Shown here one piece after another: positions 1-12,656 of a stretch of 64,000 bases of DNA. A program made the position numbers and the translations under genes. Below the pieces are notes generated by a model that worked only from the letters and a program-made list of their open reading frames with translations, was not told the DNA's origin and searched no databases. Origin of the DNA: Pecten maximus (Eukaryota); assembly GCF_902652985.1 (NCBI RefSeq), contig NC_047024.1:31930001-31994000 (forward strand). Reading direction: 5' to 3'. Within the stretch, counting starts at the first letter, position 1. Each line of letters begins with the position of its first letter.

Positions 1-2288
1 GGTACTCAGGGTCATGATATTTGAGTGAACATGTGTTCAAGTGAAAGACGATGTATTATCAAGGTCTTAGAAGTCAAAGATTAAATGACTTCTCAACAAT
101 CAAGAGGCTCAGGGTTATGATACTGTGACAGTGGCAAGCTTTGATAACTGAAACTGAATGGTTTAGGTTTGTTCAATTGAATGATTTTGACCAGGCTTCA
201 CACTGTTCAAATGTGTTTAATAATGAATCTAACAAAATAAAAAATCAACTATCGGTATGTATTTCAGAACTCATGTGACTGTTTAAGACCCATTGACCTC
301 CTGTTGATGTCCTTTGATAGACTGTTATTATAAAATTACATTCAATAACCTTACAAATGCAATATATTGCAAACAATTACAATTACGTTTCAATTACCCC
401 ATACATGCAATACTGTCACTTATGGAAAAAAACATTTAATCAGGTCAGAGACGTACAGTACTGGGAGGGTGATTTTGTACTCAAACTCTGCGCGAGCGAC
501 GAGCGGCGGACGAGCGAGCGGAGGGAATTAAAATCACCCCGCGATGTCGCCCGAGCGAACTCGCGGCGACATCGCGGTGAGATCGCTCCCGCAGCGACAT
601 CGCGGCGAGATCGCTCCGGCAGCAATGACTTGAGCGATGGGTATTAACGATACGTGTATCGATGTGTTTGACCGCTAGCAGTTGAGATGATTGGTAGATT
701 TTGTTACTTACATGCAAGTGTTCACTATTCCAAACGTAAGACTCGAGATCGAAGTGATACGGTTCTCCGTGATGACCATGCTATAACTAAATAAAAAAAG
801 CATCTGGATACCGTATAGTGAGTCTACGAAACTCACTTAACGTCTCAATTGCTGCTGTTGTTAAATGATGTGGTTTAAATTATCTGTAATTCAATGATTG
901 TACAGTATATAGGCCTAGATGCATTTAGTCACTTCTGATTTAGCTGACCTGTTTATAGATGGCGCTTTGTACACGACCTCAGATGCTGTGACCTCTGGGA
1001 GGCCACATACGGGGTTCGTTTTTTAAAGATCACGGACTTATTTCTATGTGATCTAGCAAAGTTCTTGATTTCACAGTTTAGTCATCACATATATCTGAAG
1101 TATTTAGCTAGTAACATGACTGTTTGAGAAATTGATTCAGATACATGTACGACCCGTGAAGGAAGAAAAGACTATAAACATCAGATCATTACTTTGTCCA
1201 CGCGGGGACATACATATAGGATCTATATCTGTACGTCCTTGATCCACATGCTTTTGTCAAACTTGTTTTGTTGTTGTTTGAAGAAAAACAAATTTTATCT
1301 TCATTACTATAACTTATTATCATTTTGTCTTTGACTTTTTTGTAGCGGGTTTCATAGACTGTAAAATTATTTGAACATTTCGATTATAACCACCAGCATA
1401 AAACTTTGCCGTTTATCTTTTTTAAAGATATTTCTTGTTTATATTTATTATTATATAACAAAATGTAGATCAGTAACTGCAGAACTATTGTAATATTCAG
1501 GTTTCTGTAATAGAAATATTTTTTTTGTTTATCATACAAGGAATGGCGAATGCACAGGTCAACATTAACTTCATTATCAACAGATATTGTCATTATTAAT
1601 AGTTAACATCCTTTTTTCATTAATAAAGAAAAGAAATTTTAAAACAAAAAATTTGAAATGTTTGAATTAAAAACATTAAATTATAATGACGACTCAATTT
1701 TTTTTGAAGTTGGTTTCCCCAAAAAACCAAATTCAAAACCTATAGAAAACCTTTAATTTTTCTTAAGAGTTTTTCGAATGATCAAGCCCCAAGAGGGCCC
1801 CCTTTTAAGCCTTTTTTTTATTATAGTTTTGTTACATGCAATTTTTAATTGTTTATGTAATTTTTTGCTTAATTAAAAATTTTTGTTCATTCCGGAATTA
1901 TCACCAAACTTTTATTGCAAAACCTAAATTTTTGGTCATTTTGAAAAAAATTTTCTAAAGCTGTTTTTAACCTCCTTTTGCTTTTTCTTTAAACCACCAG
2001 CAATCCCGTCTTTCCTCTCTCCTAAATTACCCACATTATCCCGCACTAATTTTGGTTAATGGAAAACTCACTCCCAACAAATAAAGTTTTCATGGGACGG
2101 TTTTTTGCTAACCTGAGTTGGTATTTCATATATAACCAAACTTCAAAGACCTTCCTATAGAAACACCTTCCTTTGTCTTTACCAGAGTTGGTGTTCGGGG
2201 AATGAGCCTGGCACAGGACGCAACAAGCAGACGCATTTTAACATTCACAATGAATCAATTTTATGGTAAATTAATAAGTATTGTGTTA

Positions 2289-2667
2289 AAAGTGCCCATT
2301 TTCTAATATATAAAATGGTGTATTTGTAATAATCAGCTTGAAATTAAGAACATCATTGTATGAAATCTCAAGGAAAATATATCATTCAACAGATACAACT
2401 TCGAATTCACTTCCCTAGAAAAAACAGTATTTAGGACCGTTTTGGTCATTTTGATCCATCACATAGTAGCGTGTTAATTTGTGTCCCCCTCGTCCCGTGA
2501 AAGTGCACGTTTTCTAATAGAAAATAAAGTATTTTCTTAACGTCTGACCGATTTGAAATTAAGAACAACAATGTATGAAATGTCAAAGAAAATATAACAT
2601 TCAATAGATTAATTTTCACTTCACTAGAAAAAAAGGAGTATCCTGGACCGTTTGGGTAATTTTGACC
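2289..2667. repeat. Diverged tandem dimer, ~210-bp period
   Basis: Blocks AAAGTGC..TTTTCTAATA, TTGAAATTAAGAACA..TGTATGAAAT and GGACCGTTT.GGT.ATTTTGA occur at ~2289-2457 and again at ~2500-2667. Confidence 0.7.
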
Positions 2668-3274
2668 TACGGCACGATACGAGTTTTTGTATTTTTGTAT
2701 ATCGACCTTAATTTGAAGACAAATTTACCTCTCATAACATCAATGAAATAACGCAAACTTTACACCGATTTGTTAAATTATACCAAACCAGAAATCAAAC
2801 GTGTGACTTGCGTTTAATGTCGGTCTATTTAGCCACAAAATAGGCTTTGAAACCCAGTGTGTTTCGAAACGCTACGAGGCGATGCAGCCAATATGACGGC
2901 GAATTCCGTGTCACCTAGGTTTCAGAACGAGGCACTCCGATACTTCCGAGCATGGGTGATATTTGGTAAGATATATAGACTGTTACCAGTCTCCCTGATA
3001 TACAAGTCTCTGATCAGGTTTATTAGAAATATATAGGAAAGAAGCAATCGTTTTAAAGCAAAGCGTTTGATGATAGAAATTCATCATGGCTCAATTTTTG
3101 GTAATAGATATAAATCATTTATATAAATTGTGCATGTTATCATCCTCTCATCAAAGTATGGTTGAGAAAGTGTGTTGTCCATCCAGACGCCCATCCATCT
3201 GTGTAGAATGTGTAGATATTCGAGTTTTATATAATTAGAGGATGTAGCATACGTACAACTAATCACCTAGGTGT

Positions 3275-4105
3275 AATACTGAATAGATTTCACTGATGCT
3301 GAATAATTAATAGATTGTACTCATGATGAATAATGATCTTAAATGGTACCCTTATGAATAATGAATATATTTCACATGTGCTGATCGAATAACCAATTGA
3401 TTTTACCGATACTGAATAATGAATAGATTTAAATGATACTGAATAATAGATAGATTCACTGATGCTGAATAGAGAATAGATTTCGGTGATGCTGGATAAT
3501 GAAAAGAATGTACCCAATATGAACAATGGAGAAATTGTACCCATGCTGAATAATAAATATATTCCACTGATGCTGAATAATGAAAACATCCCAGTGTTGC
3601 TGGATAAGACATAGGTTGTACTCATGATGAATAATAAATAGATTCCCTGAAGCTGAATAATGAAAACATTCCAGTGTTGCTGGATAAGACATAGGTTGTA
3701 CTCATGATGAATAATAAATATATTCCACTGATGCTGAATAATGAAAACATTCCAGTGTTGCTGGATAATAAATAGGTTGTACTCATGATGAATAATAAAT
3801 AGATTCACTGATGCTGAATAATGAATAAATTGTATCCATGATGAATAAATAGATTTCAAAGATGCTGGATAATTAATAGATTCACTGATGATGAATATCA
3901 AATAGATTTACTGATACTGAATAATATATTTTACTGATGATATAATCATGAATAGATTTCACTTATGCTCAATAATAAATAGGTTGTATTCGTGATGTAC
4001 AATGGGGAAATTTTACCCATGATGAATAATGAATAGATTCACTGATGGTGAATAATAAAGAAATTGTACTCACGTTGAACAATAAATAAATTTCACTGAT
4101 GCTTA
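3275..4105. repeat. AT-rich minisatellite (~25-27-bp subunits, ~80-bp higher-order unit in the core)
   Basis: Reiterated ATGATGAATAATAAATAGATTCACTGATGCTGAATAAT motifs. CCAGTGTTGCTGGATAA recurs at 3591, 3671 and 3752. Explains the repetitive ORFs at 3290-3901. Confidence 0.9.
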
Positions 4106-4128
4106 CATTCATGTATATATAATATATT

Positions 4129-6643
4129 GGTTTAAACTGTATTTTATTTGGTTATAGCAATGGTACATACAAATAATACAAATATAAGGATACAGAAACA
4201 AGTACTTGGTACTTATATTAATCCGTCTCCTGATGTAGATATAGGCTATGGACCGATATTGATAAAATTAATAATACATATGTCATATATATTTATTTAT
4301 ATATATATAATGTGCAGGGAAGAGAAAAAGAACGGGTGCAGGGGTCGGGTTGGGGATTACTTGGTGGCATCGGGGTTGGCATCAAAAATGCAAGAATGGA
4401 ACAAACACTGGTTATTTATCATCAGAGTTCATAACAAATATGTACTTACACTATATGATATAAGTATTGGGACTGTACATGTATTTCTGTAAATATTTAC
4501 TATTAATATATAGTAAAACAATACAAACACAAAATCTTAACGAAATCTGCGCCATACAAAGTGTATATAAGTATCGCGACGATAAATAGGATTTCTAGCA
4601 TAAAGACAATGGTAATTTCAGAAACGTTTAGATTGAATGATGAAACTTTGAACACAATCAAAAATAACTTCGTTGAACTGAACAGGGAATTCTGTACTAC
4701 CATGGAGTAAAAGGTTAACATTATAGTTAGGAGGAAGGCGATTAAAACATTTAAGTCTAAGCTGCCCGTAATTGGCACAATGGAGGAGGAAGTGGTCAGT
4801 AGTTTCAGTAGACAGATTACACGAACACATAGGGCTATCAACTAAGTTTCGAGCGAACAGATGAGTATTCAATGAGCTGCAATTTATTCTTAGACGTGCA
4901 TGATGAATCTGGCCGTGTCTGCTTCTGCAGTGGTAATAGTGCTGAGGGACAGAGTGAGCAGAAAGAGTTTCGGAGTTAAGGAATGTTTTTAAGTTAGTTA
5001 TGGACGGATTGGATTTGATGTTTTCAGGAAGTGTGTTCCATAAATCAACAGAAGAGGGTATAAAAGAATCTTTATAGAGATTTGTTCGACAGTTTTTTTG
5101 ACAGAAATTATTAGCTCTTCAATTGTGTTATGGGTATGAATATCAGATTGACGAGAAGGTAGGAAGTTATTCAGATAAGGAGGGCACTGACCATGAACAA
5201 TCTTGTGGAATTGAATAATTTTATGCTTTCTCCTGCGAGCACTAAGGGGGTCCCAACCGGTTTCTACATAAAGTCTAGCGTGGCTTGTGAGTTTAGTTGC
5301 ACCAGTCACGATTCTAGCTGCTTCTAGCTGTATATTTTCAAGAATCTGGTTTTGGCCTAGAGTTAGGTTGTCCCATACAATATCACCATATTCTAATAGG
5401 GGTCTAATGAAAGTATAATAAATAGTTTGAAGAGACTTCCTGTCAATACTAAATTTGAGATTTCTAAGTAAACTAAGTTTTTTAGAGGCTTTACTAGTTA
5501 TGTATTGGATATGGTCAGTCCAACTCCCGTTAGCAGATATTGATACACCGAGGTGTTTATGGCACGTTACTTCAGTTAGGGAAATGTTATTCATGATTAG
5601 GGGTGGATGGATAGGTTTGTCAAGTTTCTTACTTACAGTCATTGTAACAGTTTTGTTTGGATTAAAATGTACGAGCCATGTTTGAGACCACTAAAGAATT
5701 TTGGTTAGATCGTTATTTAACTGATTTGTGGCCAGACCCGGTGACTCCACTTCGACATATAGAGACGTATCGTCAGCAAATAGTTTTATATTACAATGGA
5801 TGTCATGAACAATATCATTTATGAAAATTAAAAATAGTAATGGTCCTAAAATTGATCCCTGGGGTACTCCTGCTGTGATGTATGCTAAATAAGATTGCTT
5901 ACCATTTATAACAACACGTTGACAACGATTTTTTAAGTAATCCGTGAACCAAGTTAAAAGATTTCCTGTGATACCCAACGATCTTATTTTAGAAAGAAGG
6001 CCTCGATGCCAAACCCGGTCAAAGGCCTTACTTATATCACAAAATGCCATTCTGATTTCTTTAATTACCTTTATCCAACGCGGAGAAGATATCATTAGCA
6101 ATAGATACGAGTTGATTAATAGTGGAGTCGCCGGATCTGAAACCGGACTGACAGGGTGTTAGTAGGGATTTGTCAACGAGATAGTTGTAAACATATTGAT
6201 ATACGCATCGTTCCATCATTTTACCAACAATTGACAGTAGTGATATAGGTCGATAATTACTTAAAGTAGATGGGTCATCTTTTTTATATACTGGTGTAAC
6301 ATTAGCAATTTTCCAAGATGATGGGAATATACATGCAGTGAGCGAAAGGTTAAATACTGCTTGTAGTGGATAGCTTAAAATATCGGCAGCTTCCTTAATC
6401 AAACGTGGACTTACAAGGTCGGGACCAGAGGCTTTCTTCGTGTCGAGGGAATGTATAGCATCAAGAACGTCCTGGCGAGATATTACAATATCAGAAAGTA
6501 TATGTGTATGAGACTGGTTTAATACAGGGGGGTCAATGTAAGTGTCATCAATAGTAGATTGAGAAGAGAAAAAAGTGTTGAAAGCGTTTGCCTTATCCAG
6601 GTCGTCAAGTAAAATATCGTTATTGTCAGAAATAGGAGGAATA
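4129..6643 (-). mobile_element. 5'-truncated non-LTR retrotransposon (CR1/L2-group LINE) with 14-bp target-site duplication
   Basis: ORF2 remnants on the - strand, then a 3' UTR ending AATAAAATACAGTTTAAACC. Identical flanks ATATATAATATATT at 4115-4128 and 6644-6657. Confidence 0.92.
4618..6643 (-). pseudogene. Disrupted LINE ORF2 reverse transcriptase with C-terminal Cys/His motif
   Basis: Motifs WKIANVTPVYKK, NYRPISLLS, QSGFR, FCDISKAFDRVWH, GVPQGSILGPLLF, LFADDT, HKHLGV and CSC...ETTDHFLLHC are spread over ORFs 6061-6402, 5691-6101, 4998-5642 and 4618-4872. These are separated by frameshifts and a stop. Confidence 0.93.
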
Positions 6644-7904
6644 ATATATAATATATTACTTGCGTGTACGGCTATGAGCCTAGCTATATCTATGACGGAT
6701 CTTTGATATATCGATAGACTTGTTTAATCAATATCCGGTTAGCTAATTTAATATTTTTACACTGTATAATTATTCTGCTTATGATTTTGATCTACATTTA
6801 ATGCTTCAGCTGTGTGACTAAGATGCAATGTTTTATTGAATCATCAATGTTGAGGTGTTTTAGATGTCACAATAATGTTGCTTCCGTCATAATGTTGATA
6901 ATGATCTGACTGGTCTGTCTGTTTTTGACAATTTCAGTTTAATGTACGTTTTTTCTTCGTTGATATACATGATAATGTATGCCCTTTTGTTGATGTAATT
7001 GTTGGCGAATTAGTTACTGAAATCGAACCAGATGAGTTTAAAATAGCATGTGCGGTGTCGTCTGTAATTTCCATGCCCCCCACCCATTTCGTGTCGCTGG
7101 GGTTCATTTGGGTATATAAAGGTAAACTTTCGCAGGTAAGGCTAATGTAACCCACACTAATCGGGACCATCGTTAATATCACGAAAGCTGTATTTAAAAG
7201 TAATATAGCTGTCTGGCTATCCAGTCAGTGACATTGCAGCTTCGAAAAGTGAATGAAAATAAATATTGCTCTTTTGAACAAGTAGAAGCATGTTTATGTT
7301 CACGTCCACCGGAAGTATAGTTGTTGTTTTTTTTATCTAGAAACATTTATTTCTACTATAAACAGTAATGGGAAGTTTTGACCGAAAGTTTATCTATGCC
7401 CTAAAACGTCTAAAATGGCGTATGCAATGGTTATTGGTAGTTTTATACACTACTGGTATATTTAATGAGTCCCACAAGTGACAAAGAAGTACTTGGTCTC
7501 AAACAAATATGCCATTACATTTAATCATGTTATATACAGACATTAATTTGAAAAAAGATGTACAACTACAGGCCTCAATTAACCATCAACAATGCCAAGT
7601 CAGTGATTCGGGCATCTGAGTAAACGCCCGTAATAGAAAAAAAATAAGAATATCAAACTAATTGACATGAAGCCCTTTAAATAAATGAAATTTCTCTAAC
7701 ATCTGTTTCAACGGTGAACGAGTTACCTCCCTTCTCCATATTATATTCGACACCACCGAATGATATACGGTCTGATTACATGGAAAAAATGAATTTGTGG
7801 TATGTTAGTATTTTCAAACCTCTTAACAAATTTTAACCCTGGTTGAATGAAGTTTGAAAATAAGTGTGTACACAAGCACTTTTTGAATGCGGAATTTTAA
7901 ATGT

Positions 7905-8032
7905 CATTCGGTTTCCGGAAATCAATGTTTAGAAATACCGGAAATGACAGCTTGCGCATGTCGAAAGGGTCGTAGCAACGAAAGGAAAAATTTACCAACA
8001 CAAGTAAAGTAAGGTTTAGGAAGTCCTGCGTC
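7905..8032 (+). promoter_or_regulatory. Putative housekeeping promoter/5' UTR of the roadblock gene
   Basis: Clustered ETS-type CCGGAA sites (TTTCCGGAAA ~7912, ACCGGAAAT ~7937) and an NRF1-like TGCGCATG (~7953) immediately upstream of the ATG-only first exon. Confidence 0.5.
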
Positions 8033-11000
8033 ATGGTAAGACATCAATAACTCTGCAGACTGTTTACGTAGAACCAAAGACTTTTGATTCATGTAATTAA
8101 GTGATAAATGATGGACAAATCTAGCAATATACCAACCAATACTTAAAGTCGTTTCGATGGTGTGACGCGCACTTGTTTCTGTACTGCACAGAGTGGTTGA
8201 GATTGATCTCTTGATAATGATTTTGGTTATAATCAGCTGTCCAGCTGTAACTGTAGACCACAGATGCCTGACTCGTCTCATTTATATGTACTCTTATATG
8301 TTATTATTTTATAAAACGAGTCCGGCACCTGTGCTGTAGACTAGATTGAATTTATCATACGGAAAAACTACAGTACGTTTATGGTAAATACTGTTAGCTT
8401 TTAAAAGTGTTATTTTCATATCGTCTATCTTAAAACCACAAGCTGACCTGCATTCACACTTGAATTCAAGTCGTATCGGTGCCCAGTTGTTTCGGTACTC
8501 GGTCGTTTCGGTACTTTGCGAAAGTCGTTTCGGTACTTACAAATGTAGTTTCGGTACTTGAATATAAGTCTTATTTTTGACTAATAATGAACGTCTTAAG
8601 ACCATGTTTTGACGATTGTTATGCTATTTTTACCAAGTATCCTGAATGAACAAAGGGAGAAAACTCTAACAGTCAAACAGAATAAACGTCCCTTAGATAG
8701 ACTACGAATGTGATATGAATGACTCTATTTATTCCGTTCGAGCTAAACAGAATTGCTTCATTGTTCATGGTTCCTATTATCATCATCTTAAATCCGTCAC
8801 AATCTACGATTAGAGTCCCTATAAATGTCAGAGGTTTGAAGACATGCGCCATGGCTATTTGATATCTTCCTCAAAATTGAACCGCGTATATCTATTCCCG
8901 CCAATTTCGGTTGTTTGAACAAGTTTTGATCGTTGCCAATGAAAATTATTGTTTGCAAATTATTGTTTGCAAATAATATCAATTTAGAACAGTGTTGCTT
9001 GCAAGTGCTGGCGAGAATGGATAGTCAACAGTTTATTTTGAGTATAATGGTCTTTTATAAATGACAAAAAGAGAGAATATTCATTTTCTATACGTTGCAC
9101 TCATTCATCTTCTATACGTTACACTTATTCATCTTCTATACATACTAGCTACTATTGTTTTCGTTTAGATGAAATAGCTTCTATGGACACATTGCACTTC
9201 TAGCCAAGAAGGGAAACGGCCTTCCTCAAAAACTTCGATGTTGAGAGGTTCTGTCTTTCGTATTCTTTCCAAAGCTTGAATAGACGTCTTTGTGATTTCT
9301 GGGCCCTCTTCCGCTGGAATCGCTTGAGTTTCCCTTCGTTCACCAATCGAAGTTGTAGGGGGATGGAGGCCGTCTCCTGGAAGAGTTCCTGGATGAGCAG
9401 GTAGAATGGCACTGGACCTTTCGTGTTTACTCTACTGTTCAGGCGATGGTGCCACCCTTCCACGTCGTAGTTGGTCCTGATGCTAGTCTTGAACATGCAC
9501 CAATCACTGATTGGGAAGACCCTGAAATTATAAAAAAAAAAATATAAGTATTTCAAATTATCTATCACTTTCGTAAGTAATTGTTTATAGCAGATAATTA
9601 ATAACGTGAAGTAGTTTAAAGATCTGGTCATTTTTCAAGATGGTACTTTTTTCAGGTGTTGGTTACCAAACAGATTTTAATATTACAAAAAGACTCTGAT
9701 TTACCTGTTCATCATCCAGGTCCTCTCAATGTAGATCATCAGATCAAGGAGGGGCCCAGACGATGCCCTCTCCCGGAGACTGTCAAACGCTGCAAAGATG
9801 TGTTCTCTGGGTAGAAAGTGTAGAGCCATCACCTCGGAAAGAAAGCTGTAAACTTTCCCATGCTCCTCGTAGGCTTTCTGTAAATGGAAACAATAAATTA
9901 TGATAAAACATAAATTAATATGGGAACACAAAATTTTATCAAGAACTTACAATAGCATTTGTATGTATGGGAATCCGTCGCTAATCCATTATTCATTAAC
10001 AAATGAACTTTTCATTTATAATTACCTTCAGGCCAAGCTCCTGGACTTTCCTGTAAACGGCTTGCGTCCAATAAAACAAATTACTGGGACTAATATATAA
10101 AATGTTAAACCAATAAAACAAATTACTAAGTATATCGGGACGTATATATAACATATAAAACCAATAAAACAAATTACTAAGTATATCGGGACGTACTATA
10201 GTATATATAACATGTAAAACCAATAAAACAAGTTACTAAGTATATCGGGACTAATGTATAACATGTAAAACCAATAAAACAAGTAACTAGGTATATCGGG
10301 ACTAATATATAACATGTAAAACCAATAAAACAAGTTACTAGGTATATCAGGACGTATTTATCGAATTGTACTCACCACTTCCACAGATCCGGTGCTGCCA
10401 TCTGCTGCAAGAGTCGCACTGTATGGCCTCTTGCCTAGGCCGAACAATGGTGTCGCGTTCGGTGCACATGTCAAGCGATGCCATAATGACATAATTGATA
10501 ATTTTGAGAGTGATACTCTCATTTTTATGACAAGTTGGTAATGATTTCGAGCTACTCTGATCTACTCAGTTAAGAAAACAACCGTGATCACGTTTGAAGT
10601 GTGATGTGCGTGATTGTATAACTTTTTAAAAAATGTCGAACCGACTTCCGAAAAGTACCGAAACAACTTTCTTTTTTAGGTACCAAAACGACCAGGTACC
10701 GAAACGACCGTACACTTCTACCGAATGCAAACAATTTTGTAGATTACTGTGCTTTATTTCTAGGCTGAAATTGATGAAACCATCAAAAGAATTAGTGCGC
10801 ACAAGGGTGTACTGGGAACCGTTATAGTCAATAATGAAGGTAAGTCACTTTAAAGTTTACTTCAAATTACATGTTTTAAAATTCTATTTTGTAGTTTGTA
10901 TTGTACATGTACATGTGTACTACTAATCCTTGCAAAGATATTTTTTATTATATATTTACATTAATTAATCTTAAAATGAATAATAAACAAGGCATAATAA

Positions 11001-12261
11001 CTTTCAGTTGATGGACTATGACAATTAAATGTATGCACAAGTTTGGCAACCAAATTACATACGCCCATGGCCAATTGTCCTCATTTTATTTTTTTACAAA
11101 TCATTCCAGCTATATTTTCCACAACACATATTTTCTTCTGTTAGCTGTGCACATATCCTGCACTGTATACAATTGAAAAACTTAATAGGAATTTCTTAAA
11201 GTTTGCAAACTTGTGGAAGAACAGGGGAAAACACATTCCCGCTTTGTTCCCCCGACAGGAATCGGACAGGGTCTCCGGCATGATAATTTAAACCACGGTT
11301 CTGCTGCCTAAGCCAAAGAAGCATGCACCTAATGCTGAGTGACAGAGACCGTATTTAACACTATATTGTACAAGCAACACAGAAAGGTTCCTTTTACAAT
11401 ACTCACTTTCTTTCCCAAATTTCAACCCAAGGCTCTCAATATCACCACAGTGGGATAATACGTACCAATGTGACAGAATAGGGAAAAACACATTCCTGTC
11501 AAGTTTAATTCCCTGACAAGAAGCATGGTCCGTCAGTTAATTTAGATCATACCATATTTAACAATTTGTATAAACCACACCATCCGTTCCTTTGACACAT
11601 GCAAAACATAACCAGTACATCTAATGCTGAATTAGTTTTGATGATTTTGTGATATGTTTTTAATTTCATACTTGTATGCTAGTGGGACCTGCATACTATA
11701 TCAATTAACCAGATGTTGACATGTTGTACCATAAAACTTGTGTAAAAGTTATAGAATCATGTTGTCATCTTTTTTACTTAATTTATTATCTAAATTTTTG
11801 TAGAGATACACTAACTTTAATGTTTTTAATGAGAAAATTGTCATTTAAAAATACATACCACTAATAAAGTATTCATATTCCCAGGCATTCCTATTAGAAC
11901 AACACTAGAAAATGCTGTTACAGTACAGTATGCTGGCCTGTTTCATCAGCTCACACAGAAGGCACGCAGCACTATACGCGACATTGACCCACAGAATGAC
12001 CTCACCTTTCTCAGGATCCGGTCAAAAAAGCATGAAATAATGGTGGCCCCAGGTAATGATTTCTAACAATCTTTTTGTTCTTCTACATTTTTTTCAGAAT
12101 TGAAAATGTTCACGATAACTCTACTTTTACTATCTTGAAGCTCGTGCATTATGAATTATATTGATAAAAGTGGTTTATTAATGTTTGCTCTCACTTCATT
12201 TTGGTTCACAGATCTTGAGTACTTATTGATAGTAATCCAGAATCCCAACGAAGCAGTATAG
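8033..12261 (+). CDS. DYNLRB: Dynein light chain roadblock-type (LC7), 4 coding exons, 98 aa
   Basis: Exons 8033-8035 (ATG|gtaag), 10764-10839, 11885-12052 and 12212-12261 splice in frame to [98 protein letters not shown]. This is the roadblock signature, with the ATG-only first exon known for the family. Confidence 0.96.
9200..10484 (-). pseudogene. Spliced PHD-finger + MULE transposase remnant
   Basis: Exon 10376-10484 encodes [36 protein letters not shown] (PHD-like). A remnant ending at 10026 encodes [17 protein letters not shown] (MULE CxxH region). Exon 9705-9877 encodes ..MALHFLP..YIERTW. Exon 9200-9521 encodes [14 protein letters not shown] (catalytic Glu region). The central DD part is missing. 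Confidence 0.85.
10069..10355. repeat. ~51-bp tandem repeat inside the MULE (5-6 copies)
   Basis: AAACCAATAAAACAA..TACTA.GTATATCGGGAC recurs at 10108, 10158, 10217, 10268 and 10319. Confidence 0.9.
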
Positions 12262-12656
12262 GTCAGGGTGATTTATGTCTGCTAAACATGTGTCTGCTTT
12301 GTGTTAAAATGGAATGCAATATTGTGTGATCAATTAATCTAGCCAGAAATTGTGTGCTGAAGTTAAATTAAGGCATCTAATGTGGTAAAGTTCTAATTGG
12401 ATTATATGTTACCTGGGTATTATGATTTACATTCTAACTTTCCACTTTTTGAATTGGTTGATTCAGCAGTACATGTATAATTCTACAGCTTTTGGAATGG
12501 ATGTAGACCCTGTTATTAGATTTTGGAAGGGTAAAAGAGGACTCCAGTCCAGAATCCAGATACAAAAGATACATTGAATATTTTTTATTCAAAATATGTA
12601 TACAATGACACAATGTATATTTGTATCTTAAAAAATTCATTATAATGTGGATCTTG

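Larger units (their letters stand above)
8462..10715 (-). mobile_element. Internally deleted Mutator-like (MULE) DNA transposon in roadblock intron 1
   Basis: Termini consist of inverted arrays of GTCGTTTCGGTAC (8470-8560) and GTACCGAAACGAC (10636-10710). They enclose transposase exons. No clean TSD found. Confidence 0.88.

Noticed and set aside
2110-2266. Possible exon: minus-strand MRLLVASCARLIPRTPTL or plus-strand FKDLPIETPSFVFTRVG...
   Set aside because: Neither reading is recognisable or linkable to other exons, and the region borders suspect sequence.
6934-7182. 82-aa minus ORF, and a plus-strand segment bounded by AG/GT
   Set aside because: No recognisable domain and no partner exons.
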